From positions 70,744,001-70,808,000 of the forward strand of contig NC_086108.1 in assembly GCF_963921235.1 (NCBI RefSeq): a DNA stretch of 64,000 nucleotides. The letters run 5' to 3'. The stretch comes from Mobula hypostoma (taxonomy: Eukaryota). Below, piece by piece: positions 39,545-51,522 of this stretch. Within the stretch, counting starts at the first letter, position 1. The number at the start of each line of letters is the position of its first letter. The notes beneath the pieces are model-generated. The model ran no database searches. It was not told the origin of the DNA and saw only the letters and a list, made by a program, of their open reading frames with translations. The position numbers and the translations under genes were made by a program.

Positions 39545-40402
39545 GTCACTCAGCGAGGCCATCGTGGTTTGCATCTTGGTATGGATTGCTATCCCTGTTT
39601 CTCACTTCCTTTGCCTTCGCTGCAACTATTCCCAGGATGCAGCCTTCCAGGACGTCAGAGACGTCCTCCTTCTTCAATGAACGGGATTTTCCTTCCTCCA
39701 CTATTGATGCGGCCCTCACCTGCAACTCCACCATTTCCCCAACATCTCAGGCAACACTTGACCTGTGAATCTGCTGGGGTTGTCTACTGTGTCTCATGCT
39801 CCCATATGGCTTCTTCTACATTGCTGGGATCCGTCATAAACTGGGGAACCTCCACTCCATTCGCCAAAAGCGGACCTTCCCGGCAGCCAAACATCTCAAT
39901 TCCGATTCCCATTCCTGTTCCAACGTGTCAGTCCATGGCTGCCTCTTGTGCCAAGATGAGGCCATCTTCAGGGTGGAGGAGCAACACGTTGTATTCCATC
40001 TGGGTAGCCTCCAATCTGGTGGCATGAATATTGGTTTCTTGTTCCAGAAAAATATTTTTCCTCCCCCCCTCCCCTCTTCTATTCCTCAGTCCTGGCTTCT
40101 AGCCTCTTCTCATCTGCCTATCAACTCCCCATGGGTCCCCTCCCACCTTTCCTTTCTCCTATGGTCCACTCTCTTCTCCCATCAGATTCCTTCCTCTCCA
40201 GGCCTTTTATCTTTCCCACCCACCTGGCTTCACCATCACTTTCTAGCTATCTTCCTTCCCCTCCCCCACCTCTTTATTCTGGCATCTTCCCTCTTCCTTT
40301 CCCGTCCTGAAAAAGGATCTTAGTCCGAAATGTTGACTGTTTATTCATTTCCATAAATGCTGCCTGACCTGCTGAGTTCCTCCGGCATTTTATGGGTGTT
40401 GT
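39545..40402 (+). mobile_element. Degraded PLE (GIY-YIG plus pLTR)
   Basis: GVVYCVSCS and RVEEQHVVFHLGSLQSGGMN; decayed hammerhead gtcCTGAAAAaggatcttagtccGAAAtgttgac near 40304-40337. Confidence 0.85.
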
Positions 40403-42614
40403 TTTGAACAGGATCATGATAAACTTTGTTATCAGTTTCCACTTAGAAGGATATATGTTGTGTACATTCCCTGAGCAGAAGGCCATATGGTCACAGTCAT
40501 ATGATACTGAAATAAACATAAAAATACTGGAAAATGCCAGCAGCTTAACCAGCTTCTGTGTAAAGAGGAACTGAGTTCTTTCATCAATCTAATACTGTCT
40601 GACCTTCAGCAAATTTTATTTTCAATTCAAATTTCCACCATCTGCCATTTTATTTTTCATTATCTGCTATTACTTGAAACTGTTCAGTCAAATGAAATTG
40701 AAGATTAAGTTGACCCTGTTTACCTGCTTTGATTGTGAGGTGGCGGTGGAGATTGACAGGGGTGATGGGGTTGGGAGGTGTGACAACTAGGGGAAAAAAG
40801 GTGGTTTTGGCTCTTTTAGGATGAGAACTTTGAAAGAGGTATGGACAGCACTGATTTATGTCAGTTGTAATTTGCACATTTGATGTTAAGACTTTTCAGG
40901 TGTTCAGTGCAAAGTGCCTGTCAGAATATAATGAGGAACTTTATATAAACTTTATATTTATTCCTTTCTGTGATAATAATATGGCAGTCTAATTGGGTGA
41001 ATCTCGGGTGATGAGCCTCTCACATAGATGGATTAACTAATGTATTTATCTTCACAAGTACATTGTATAGGAAGGTCCTAATCATATATTATGTCATTTC
41101 TTCCAAAGGGAATAGAACTGGTGACAGAAAACTTTCATGGATTTTTACTTTGGATGTGAACACCAGTTGATTATTAGCATTCATTGTCTCTGATACTTTA
41201 ATGAGCAGCTGAATTGTGTGACTGAAACTGATGATTATCCTTACAGAAATCGTGATGTAAATGTGACTGAGGAATGAAAATCAACGCCCTAGTTGACCCA
41301 AAAAAGGACATGGAACAGATCAAATTGTAGTACCGACCACAATCTCTATACTGCCAATCGATAGTTACAACATTCCTTTTGTGTGAAAGTCCACCTTAAG
41401 TGATGTCTGTGCCATGATATTTCTTTCTCCTGCTGAGCTAAAAGCCATTGAACACTCTTGAATTTGATTTTGGATGCATCAAATGTTTCAATCAAAGGAC
41501 CAGAACTTACTGATTGTGAGTCTGTTTCTAAGGCGATCCACACAAGGTCAGCTTCACCCTGACTTCTGCACCTGTGCATTGTCACACAGAAATCTCACTC
41601 TATTGTTCAACTTACCACTGTATCCAGGGACAGAACGGAAATGTGTAAATGTCCTAAGCTGAGGGGCTGGGGAAATTTCGCTGCTGGCCCCTTGTCTGGA
41701 ACAGCTGGCATACACGGCATGATCCCAACAATTCAAATGGAATTTCTACATTAATTGAAAAGTAAAACGCAAGCAGATGTCATCTCTTATTTTACTTAAT
41801 ATGTGGCAACTAAAGTGTTTTAAGTATATTATATGTATTTTAAAGTATTTTTTAATTGCTTAAATCCTTTTGACCAGTTTTTATACTTGCAAATCACTTA
41901 AAACTGAGCTGAAAAGCAACTTCTCATGGAGGGTGATGAATCTCTGGATTTTTTAACTCTGGAAGTTTGCAGAGGCTAGATCTTTGGGAGATATTTATAG
42001 GGGAAGTAGACAATTTTTTGAAAGATCAAGAGGAGTATGTGAAATGGGATGAAAGAGGAGTAGAAACCTGTTGGGTCAGCTACACCATACTGAGTGCTGA
42101 GTTTGGCTTGAGTGACCTATTCCAGCCCCGATTTTCTTTGGATCTCGTTTGTCAAAAGGTCATCAAGGAGTTGGGGATGGAGCTTTAGAATCCCTGACCT
42201 GAACTATGGTCGTCATTCCTGAATTGTTCAGTCAGGTCCCTGGGATAATTGAAACTGTGGAGCCATAGAAAAGTAAATGGAATTACAAGAAAAGCAAGGG
42301 AGATGAATCTGGGTGGTAGGCCCAGACCAACCGCTTTCCTGAAGAAATATGGTGTGTTAAATTTGTGTCCCATTTGTTTTCAATTTGCCTGAAAACTGGG
42401 GCATTATTTTTGACATGTTTGAGAAATGTTTCTGATTTGGGGTAAATTTAAGTCCTCCTTTTTTCTTTAAAGGCTTCCAAACTGGAAATATCAATTAAAT
42501 GTGTAATACAAATTTCACACCATGTAGAAATGGAAGTAACTTGAAATTCCATTGGCTGTTAGGTTAGAGATATGGGTGTGATTTCCATTTTGACTAAAAC
42601 TTGTGCCACTCATA

Positions 42615-43410
42615 AAAGAAGAGATTAGCTGCCCCCATCTGATACCACCAATGCCAACTTCCAACACATCCTGGAAGGATGCAAGACTGCGTTGTCCCTA
42701 GGGTGCTACATATAGCAGTACAACTAGCTCCTAAAGAAGCCAGCAGAGACCCTAGAGACCTGTGGGCGAGATGCAAGAAGCAGCCTTTCCGCAGCGGGAT
42801 GACAAATCATCCCATTTGTTAATGCTGGTAAGAGCGCTGAATGCACCTGTCCAAGATCTCCTTCAGGACTCCTCTCCACAGGCAAGGAGTGGAACATGAG
42901 GGCATATCTCGGCAGAGAGCTACAGTTCCCATGGAAATCACCACCACATCTCTCCACCCAGACATGATACTGTGGTCCAAGGCCACCAAGGGAGTCCTCC
43001 TCATTGAGTTACCCATCCTGTGGGAGGAAGGAACGGCTACCCATGAGTGGAAGGTGCTAAAGTACTCAGACCTGGCAGCTGAATGTAAGGAGCTGGCTGG
43101 AGGACCATCATCTACCCTGTGGAGGTAGGATGCTGGGGCTTCATCAGCGCATTGACGACAAGGTTATTCTGTGATATGGCAGTGACTGGGGTGAGGCTCA
43201 GGAGATCCACCGGACAGTTGTCTGAAGAGGCAGGAAAGGGCAGCTTTTGGCTGTGGCTGAGGAGGAAGGATAGAAATTGGGGGACTGACTAACCCCACTG
43301 GAAGCTGCAGGGGGAGGCAGGAAGATGTCCCACCACTGGAAGATATACCAGGGCTAAGAGGGTGAAACACCATTGAGTGGTGGTGCCTGGCTGATGACCC
43401 TTCTGCTGAC
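42615..43410 (+). mobile_element. Degraded HERO-type (RLE) non-LTR retrotransposon, 3' end
   Basis: ITTTSLHPDMILWS...LLIEL...KYSDLAAEC...PVEVGC...SFWLWLRRKD (PD-(D/E)xK-type restriction-like endonuclease); stop at 43290-43292, then a structured 3' UTR. Confidence 0.8.
43304..43406 (+). ncRNA. Candidate non-circularly permuted hammerhead-like RNA in HERO 3' UTR (decayed copy)
   Basis: AUA 43345-47, ccagg 43348-52, GAAAC 43364-68, cctgg 43386-90, CUGAUGA 43391-97; additional helices ccaccact/agtggtgg and gctgcaggg/cccttctgc. Confidence 0.5.
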
Positions 43411-46400
43411 ATAAGGACACTGCTGGATTTGTGGCAGGCAGCAATTCCAAGCAGGAAGCAACATCTTCCTGTAAATCACTTCGAGAATTATGTTGCTGCT
43501 ATAAAATAGCGATGGTTTGAAATCAATCTCTTTGAGCATTTTATTGGCTTTTAAAAGAAATTGCTATTGAGTTATGCAGATTAAATTTAAGATTTTGGTC
43601 ATCTTTAAAATCAATGCAAAATTTACTGCAGCAAAGTTTCCTAAAAGTACCTTCTGATATTTTTATAATTGCCCTCTCAGTTTATGCCAACTAAACAATG
43701 AAATCATAAGTTCAGCAGACTGATAAAACATTCATTTATCATGGAAGATAAAATGATGCTAGAGAAAGATTTCTATTTTTTTGTTGTTTTCAATGTTATG
43801 GGAAATTTTTGGCTTTCCTGAAAAATTCTTGGAAAATGCTTTGGCGCCAAATATCTGTGGGAAGCAATGTTTTTTCTTTGCTGTGTACAGGTGCACTAAA
43901 GACTTTGGTTCATTGTAACATGTAACTGAGGGACTTGTACAAGCATTTGGAATGATACTTGAAATTAGACCATGCAATTTGTTACTTTTTCCTCACATTG
44001 TGCTTAGTTTTTTTTTAAAAATTAAAGCTGTCTAAATTAAATTAAAATTGGTTTTATTCCATCGGTGGCCTATTATCCTATTTTGTCATTTTAGCACAAA
44101 AATGTTTTCTCTTTAAGTAACACGTTTGATGTTTTGGATGAGGCACATCCTTGGTACAGATAATGAGATGATCGCTGCCAACAGTACAAATGTATTGATC
44201 AATGATGCATGTAATGGCAGGATGTAGTGCCAATATTACAGTAATTATTCTTGTTCAATTTTCATGTAATGAATGAGACTTAAATAAAGTGCTGGTCTGC
44301 TTTAGAACTGCATGAATATACTGTAGTTGTAGTCATTTAGGAGCTGACAGATGATGTGATTAGTAAGAGTTTGGAACAAAGGCTTTAAGTAAGAACACCA
44401 GGATAATACAGAACGTTCAAATTGCAGTGTGGGAAATGAGTGCGTATACAGCTTTTAAAATTGTGAAGAATTTGGACAGAACTAATGAGGGGGAGTGAAC
44501 CAAAAATTGTCAAGAGATCAAAATGAGAGGCCAGGATTAATTTTGAGATTTTGTTTTTGAACTGAGATTAACAGAATCCAAAAACTTTGCAACTGTTAAG
44601 AAGAACATGAATAAATCTCACCAACACTATGGTATTACTTCACGGGTCAGGAGATCTACTGCCCTTGCGGTGCGTCTCTACACAGCTATGCAGCGAGTTA
44701 AACACCTTCTCAAAAATCACCCGAGATGGAAGCTTTCTTCAAGATTTTTAATGAGGTATTACTTATGAAGCTACAGAAAGTTAAGTAAAATACATATTAA
44801 ATTCAAAACCGGATCGTCGCTCACTTGTATATACTAATACTGCTGATAATTCTCACAACCAGTGTTAACACATGTGCATTACTCCATAACTATTTCATGT
44901 CAACAAGAGTAAACTATGGCACAATAATATCTTAATAATGATAAACAATAAACATTCACTTCCTTCAAAATATATCTACTAAATGCTTACCAATATTAAC
45001 AAAAACTTAAGACACAGAGATATTGCTGTTCCAAGGGCAAATATAGAGAGGATGGAGATGAATGCTTTTCCACTGTATGCTTCAACTCAAATCAAAATTA
45101 ACCTGCACAGGAAATGATGTAAAAAACAGATTACATACGAGAAGTGATGTTCATACAAAATGAACTGTGCCTCTAGAGGCCAGAACACTCCCTGCCTGGC
45201 ATCCATAGGATGTCAAACTTAACTACTGAAACTAAAATCAAATGATCATTTCAATGTCTTCAGTAAAAGAAGAATGGTCTGAGAGACTGGCCTTGAAAAC
45301 AGTCTTACTACACAGTCTTTAACCATTCTCATGTTGAAAATACCAGCCTTGATGATGTTCCTAGTGGGGATCAGCTAGGATCTATGTTAACCGTGAGGAG
45401 AGGGTAATTTGATTAACTTGGAGCCCTCTTCTGGCATGATCAGTTCTATTGTCTCTCCTGGGATGATCACATGCTACGTTGGATCCTATTATGTACATAA
45501 AAATAGAATCTCATTGTTTTATTAAATATATAACTAAGCACAACCTTGCTGTTGGTAAAGAACTTGATTTCATCTAGTTCTGTGTCCATCTCTTCAATTA
45601 CCTCTGCCATCTCAACTGCTAGAACAGCAGCATTGAGTTCAAGTCTTGGCATGGTGAGATCTTGTTTGGGAGCAACCTTTGCCTTGCCTAGGATGTTTCC
45701 AGCTTCATTATATCCAGTAGTGTATGTGACTTTCAGATATGCTGAAGTGCCTAAGGTCAACTTATTAACATGAAGCACCCCTGAGTACTGACTGGAGCAG
45801 CAGATCCAGGAGGGTCAAGTAGACTGTTGATAGCCGATAGCATGTCATGATGTCTTTCAATATCAGCGACCTGGAAAGTATGGGTGTCAGGAACGATGTC
45901 CCATCCAAGGCCCAAACTGCACTGCATCAGAGGGAGGCCCTGCCCAAGAATATCTGGTCTTTGGCCAGATCTTCAGAAGGGAAAGTTGCATGACCTCAAC
46001 ACTGCTGGATGCAATCTTATGCAGGCTGAGATCAGACTGTACCAGCATATCTTGTGCTGCTTTCAGCACGCTGACTGCTTCTTCTGCACTAGAAAATGAT
46101 TTAAGACCATCATTGTTTCAGTCCCGAATTCCTTCTCTCTCTCGATAGCTGTCCTCAAGGCCATAGATTGCCGCAGCTGGCAAGGGACAGTTACCAAACA
46201 CAAACTCTCACGTGGTACTCCAGAATCTTGTTGCCATCTGAGGTAGTTGCGATGATCCTCTCTCACTAGGAAGCTGTGCAACATTTGCTCAATGTTTGTC
46301 ATCACTATGATAGACGCAGTTCTGAAGTGCATGATGAGCCTGAGCAGACTGTTATGGAGGTCTGGACCTCGCGAGAGCACATTGTTCAATGATAGGCCTT

Positions 46401-46583
46401 TGAACTGTGCACTTGATCAAAGACAATTTGTATTCATGCAGATTTCTGAGCATGGTAAACACAAAAGTTGGGCAAATGCCAGATGCTTTGTGATCTACTG
46501 AGGGTGCTAAGTCAGCATGATTGTTCCTGAAGAGTCTCTCCATGAATTCCATGTAATGATCTTTCATTTCTGGCTGCCTTCTC

Positions 46584-46851
46584 TTTTTTCCATGCTTTTA
46601 CAAGGCGTGGAGCGAGAGAGAGAGAGAGACAGACAGACAGACACACACACACACAGCCCGTGTGGCGAGCCACTCCTCACACAGACATTTCGCAGTATTT
46701 TTCCCTTTTATTTTACAAGGTCGAGTTGCGATCTCAACACTCAACCCGGCACAGATGGAAAGCATACTCGGGAGTGGATCCGACTGGCTTCGAACCCGGG
46801 AACCTCCGTTCCAGAGTCGGGCGCCGATGTCGTTGCGCCACCAGCCGGCCC
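46584..46851 (-). mobile_element. tRNA-derived SINE with A tail and 15-bp TSD, nested in BEL
   Basis: Minus strand ggccggctggTGGCGCAACGA...GGTTCGAAGCC; (GT)/(CT) microsatellite near the 3' end; TSD TCTGGCTKCCTTCTC at 46569-46583 and 46852-46866. Confidence 0.9.
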
Positions 46852-48452
46852 TCTGGCTTCCTTCTCAATGTGGGACTGAGGGACATGAGTTGACTAAGGG
46901 CCTGTGCTCTGTTGTTTGGTAGGAGTTGTAACAGAGGGCAGAAAGGAAGGGAAGCTACACAACTGTTTGACTTGCCTTTGCTAAAATCTTTGTTCATGAT
47001 TCGAAGGAAGACCTCATCTTCGATGGAAGGTGCCAGCTCATAGTTATCTTCTGAGTGACAGTAGAGCAACTTTTCTAAATGCGGTTGAGCAGAGGCAAGT
47101 ATGTCAGGGAGCTTGGTTTTCTAACTTACAATCTTCTCTTCCATAGAGATTCTACTCTCACAACGTCTGAAATAATTTGGGCACCTGTTCTCCAGGACGT
47201 TCATCTTAAATGTGCTAACAGTGGGCTGATGAGCACCATCAAGGCAGACTTCACCCACTATGACCCAACCTCGGTCCGGTTGTTGGGCATAAGGTACATT
47301 GTGCCAACCATTGTGTTGTACACCTAGCCAATGTGCATGAATGTTCTCTGCGCAGAGCAACAGAATCTCAGCAGAAGGGTCAAGTGGAGAATCTTGTCTG
47401 CTATGGCCTTAAATAGTGAATGATTGCCTGCAGCTTCGGGGGTTAGAATTTCATCCCTGTTGTTGGGCATATGGTCCCACTGAATGAGGGCTGGCAAGGG
47501 TAAGCAGATCTCCATTCCTATTGACTCCATGACAAATCCACTAACTCTTCTTCCAGCAACTTCTGATGTTCTAGAACATGTCTTTAGAGTGTGTGGGGAA
47601 ACAGAACTTGTCAAAGGATGTTGATTTTTCCGATGACACAACCAATATCACATATGCCTTTTATTTTTCTTCAGGATGTCTTTTCGAGTAGAAACAGACT
47701 AGACGTATTTTTGAGCAAGATTTACCTTGCAGGCCTTTCTTGCATATCTCCGTGCATGAGGAAGTAGCTACACCTGACGGGTGCTCAGCTGACTCCTGCC
47801 ATGCTCTTCTGTGGGTGTGCTAGAACCGGTGCTGGCCCAGAATGAAGTGTTGAAATGTGTTGGTCACTGTTGCACTCAGTGCAATGTATGATAGCTTCAC
47901 AGCCTTTTGCTTGGTGTGTTGTTGAAGCACAATGTTCGAAACATATTGAGTGCTCTTTTAGAAAATGGTTTCGGTCTGTGAGCAGTTTTTCTACATTTGC
48001 TTAAAGGGTGAGGTTCTTACTGACAGGGCATTATTTATTGGGGTTCATGATAGTTTCCTACTTCAGTTCTGTTGACCGTGATAGGGGTTTTAGTTTTCCA
48101 TGCTTTTGCTGGAGAACTCTCTTTGAATAACATGTTATTGGAAGTTAAGAGCATAAAGCTGGGTTATTTCACTTTTTTATGTGGCAGCAGATGAATTCTG
48201 CAAAGAATGAAAATGACGGATCGGAGGCATGAGGCTTCATTTTATAGTTGGACCACTCCATTGTCTACTGTTCTTGCATATTGTTGTGTAGTTTCTCCAC
48301 CACAGGGGTTATTCCTCTTACTATATCCAAGAAACTCAGCCCTGGTGGGTAACCCTTGTTTTTGGTGGCTTTCAGTTCCAACAGCAGGTCCCAAAGCTCC
48401 TGTAGCTTCTGTGGTTCTTTGTGTGAGAGTTTTGGAAAATTATGAATTCTAC

Positions 48453-49230
48453 TGTGTACATACATCTATTGATGCTTCTGGACACATCTTCAGTGATGTT
48501 CCTGGAATCATCGGGTGTTTCGGGTCTTTCAACATCATACAACCTCCTCCAGGTGACCCAGCCGGGGCTGATCAGACCCCAGCTTGTGTCCAGATGGCTA
48601 GCTACTTATGACTCCATGGCTCCCCTCTTTTGAGCCACAGCCATCTTGAGGCCCTCTCTGCCACATCGGTGGTACTGCGGATGGCTCTCCTCTTCCTCTC
48701 TCCCTTGATGCCCAAAATGCTGAAGGCTCTAACTAAAGACCAGGCTACGAATCCCCTACAACCATCCTCCACTGGGAGACACCTCGCTCCCCATCCAGCC
48801 TGCTGACAGTTGCTGACCAGCCCTGCGTAATTGGAGAGCTTCCTTTCAAAGGCCTCTTCCAAGCTATCTTCCCATGGGACTGTCAGCTCCAGCAGCACCA
48901 CTTGCTTAGTAGACTCAGACACTAGGACAATGTCTGGTCGCAGGGTGGTGGCTGTGATATGGTTGGGGAACTTCCGCTGCCCTTCGAGGTCCACCAACAG
49001 CTGCCAGTCCCTTGCAGAGGTCAGAATGCCTGCAGATGTTCTTTTGGCAGGTATTGGCTGCTCCCCAGCTCTGACAAAGGCAATGGTCTGCTTGGAGGGT
49101 CGGGACCGCTTCGCCCACTCAACTCCTGCGCTGACGGCTTCAGCGCTGGTCTTCAGGACCTGATCGTGCCTCCACCTGTACCGTCCCTCACCAAGTGCCC
49201 TTGCGCAGCCGCTGAGGATGTGCTCCAGGG
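48453..49230 (-). mobile_element. HERO-type (RLE) non-LTR retrotransposon, 5'-truncated, nested in BEL gag
   Basis: RYRWRHDQVL...LRPDIVLVSESTKQVVLLELTVPWE...ERKLSNY...SRWLWLKR; stop at 48602-48604; probable TSD TTCYAC at 48447-48452 and 49231-49236. Confidence 0.9.
48478..48593 (-). ncRNA. Candidate non-circularly permuted hammerhead-like RNA in HERO 3' UTR
   Basis: Minus strand: ctggacaca-[hairpin]-gggtc-a-cctgga-ggaggtt-GTA-tgatgtt-gaaa-gaccc-GAAACaccc-gatgat-tccagg-aacatca-CTGAAGA-tgtgtccag. Confidence 0.65.
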
Positions 49231-51522
49231 TTCCACGGAAGAGATATTTTCAAATGCCTCTGGAGAGCCATTACATTTGTCTAGCCTCTGCGACAGTATT
49301 TGTAAACCAGTGGCTGGATTATTAACGCGCAATGCCCGAACTCTTCTTGCATATTGCAGCTTCTCCCCACCATTCACTTACAGAGAAGGTCTAACTCTTC
49401 GCTAGGTTTGAGACATAGTCCTTCCATGGCATCGTGAAAGCTTGACTTCCAGGACAGACAACTGGCCGACTGATTGTTGAGCACTTTTAGTCCTGCTGTG
49501 ACTAGGTCTCGATGACCCAGATACCAAGCCTAATCTGATACACCTGAACTCCAGAATGAGAGCACGTGGAGACTGTGTCCTGGGATGGATGGAAGTTCAG
49601 TCTGTCCATGTCTGTGCAGAAGGAGTTGGCATCTATAGCAATTCTTGACTCATGTTCTTGCTGTGGTAGAACTGCAGAAGAGGGTGTTGTGGGTCTTTGC
49701 TGATGTAGACCTTGATTGTTAATGACTGGACTGTGTGAAAGGCATGTTGGCCATGTGGTGTGGACAGCTTCTCCTTGCAGAGCTAGAGCATTCTCTCTTA
49801 TAGCCAAAATATGTAAGGTTCATTGGCTTGTTGTGACAGCAAAGTATGATTGACTCCTGTTATAGACTCACCACCACCTCAGTCAGCTGCTGCTTCACAC
49901 AACTTTGCCTCTGTGGAGGCAGTCTCAACTTCACAATCCACCTTGCGCCACACTTAATATAGCCTCTACACACGCTCTCTCCATGTCTACACCAGCTTTC
50001 TCTATTTGCATCTCAACTTCACCTTCAGCATACACTCCTTTCTTTGTTGCTGCTTCAGCTCCGGCCTGAGCTCATGCTGCAGCTATGCTAATAATGGTTT
50101 TGCCCCAGTATTGCAAAGATGCCATCGGTGAGCCCCATTCTGACCTAACTTCCAGGCATCAGCAATCGACGTTGTTCAGGTTGGAATCTGACATTATCAT
50201 TTATGGCATTCAGATGCTTCTCCAGTCCGTGGGAGATGGTTTAAGACCATAAGACATAGGAGCAGTATTAGGCTACTCCACCATTCCATCGTGGCTGCTA
50301 CCGGATCTCACTCAACCTCATACACCTGCCCTCTCAGCATATCCTTTGATGCCCTGACTGATTGGGAGACAGAGTTTTGAAGCTGAGTTATCTTTTCACT
50401 CTACTGCCTTAGCTATGCGTCTCCACACAGCTATGTGGCAAGTTAAACACTTTCTCAAAAATCACCAGAGACAGAAGCTTTCTTCAGGGTTATTTTTGTG
50501 TAATATTACTTGTGAAATTACAATAAGTTAAGTAAACTATGTATTAAATTCAATACAGGATTGTCGCTCGCCTGAATACTGTTTACCAATACTGCTGATT
50601 ATTCTCACAACCAGTGTTAACACATATGCAACACTCCACAACTGTGCCACATAAACAAGAGTAAATTTGTGGGTTAATGATATCTTAATAACAATAAATG
50701 ATAAACATAACACTTCCTTTAAAATGTATCTAGTAAATGCTCACCAATATTAAGAAAAACTTAGTGTACACAGACATTGCTGTTTCAAGGGCAAATAAAG
50801 AGAGGATGGAGATGGATGTTTTTCCACCGCGTGCTTCAAATCATATCAAAATTAACCCGTGCAGGAAATGACTTTAAGAGCAGCTTATCTACAGAAGTGA
50901 TACTCGTAAAAATTGAACTGTGCCTCAGGAGGCCAGAACAGGTGGCATCTGTAGAAAGAGACAGAATCAACGTTTCAGATTATCAGAACTGGAAAACTGA
51001 GGAATTATGTTCGTTTTAAGTTGTGGAGTGGGTGAAGGAAGATGAGACCGACAGGAAAGCGGTTGGTGAATTATTTGTACACTGTTCATAACGTACAAGT
51101 TGAGTGGTAGAATCAGGGAAGGAAAAATTGGTGGTTGATGATCGACACACAGTGGGCAAAGGACCTGCTTCTATGGCCAGCCTCCTTATAACTCTCCCTG
51201 ATGAGGGAGGAGGTAGTTGGGCAGGATTGCTGTAGTGACTTGTTACTAATGAAGTTTTGTAGATGATCCATTAATGAGAGATTTTAAAGAGAGAAAAAAA
51301 CCAAAGGGACAAATAAAAGCTGTGAAATACAAATCAGAGCAGTTGCAGGGAACTGAAATCAAAAACAATGTTGTAAATATCCAGCAGCTCAGCTAGTGTC
51401 CATGGAGAGAGATAGAACTAGGTTGACATTAATATTGATTGTTTCCTTTCTACTGAGTTGCAGCAAAGTGGTAAAAATCAATATGTTTAGAGGGATCTGA
51501 GGCAAAACATTTTGATCAAGTG

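Larger units (their letters stand above)
44655..50940 (-). mobile_element. BEL/Pao LTR retrotransposon, both LTRs present, decayed, with nested insertions
   Basis: LTRs at 44655-45187 and 50400-50940 begin TGTTCTGGCC on the minus strand. Purine tract ggcagggag precedes the 3' LTR. Coding remnants NNVLSRGPDLHNSL, GWVIVGEVCL and KAKVAP..MPRLELNAAVLAVE..NSKVVLSYI (BEL RT/RNase H). Confidence 0.92.

Noticed and set aside
41346..41736. Short minus-strand ORFs with GTAAGT donors
   Set aside because: No recognisable protein and no consistent exon chain.
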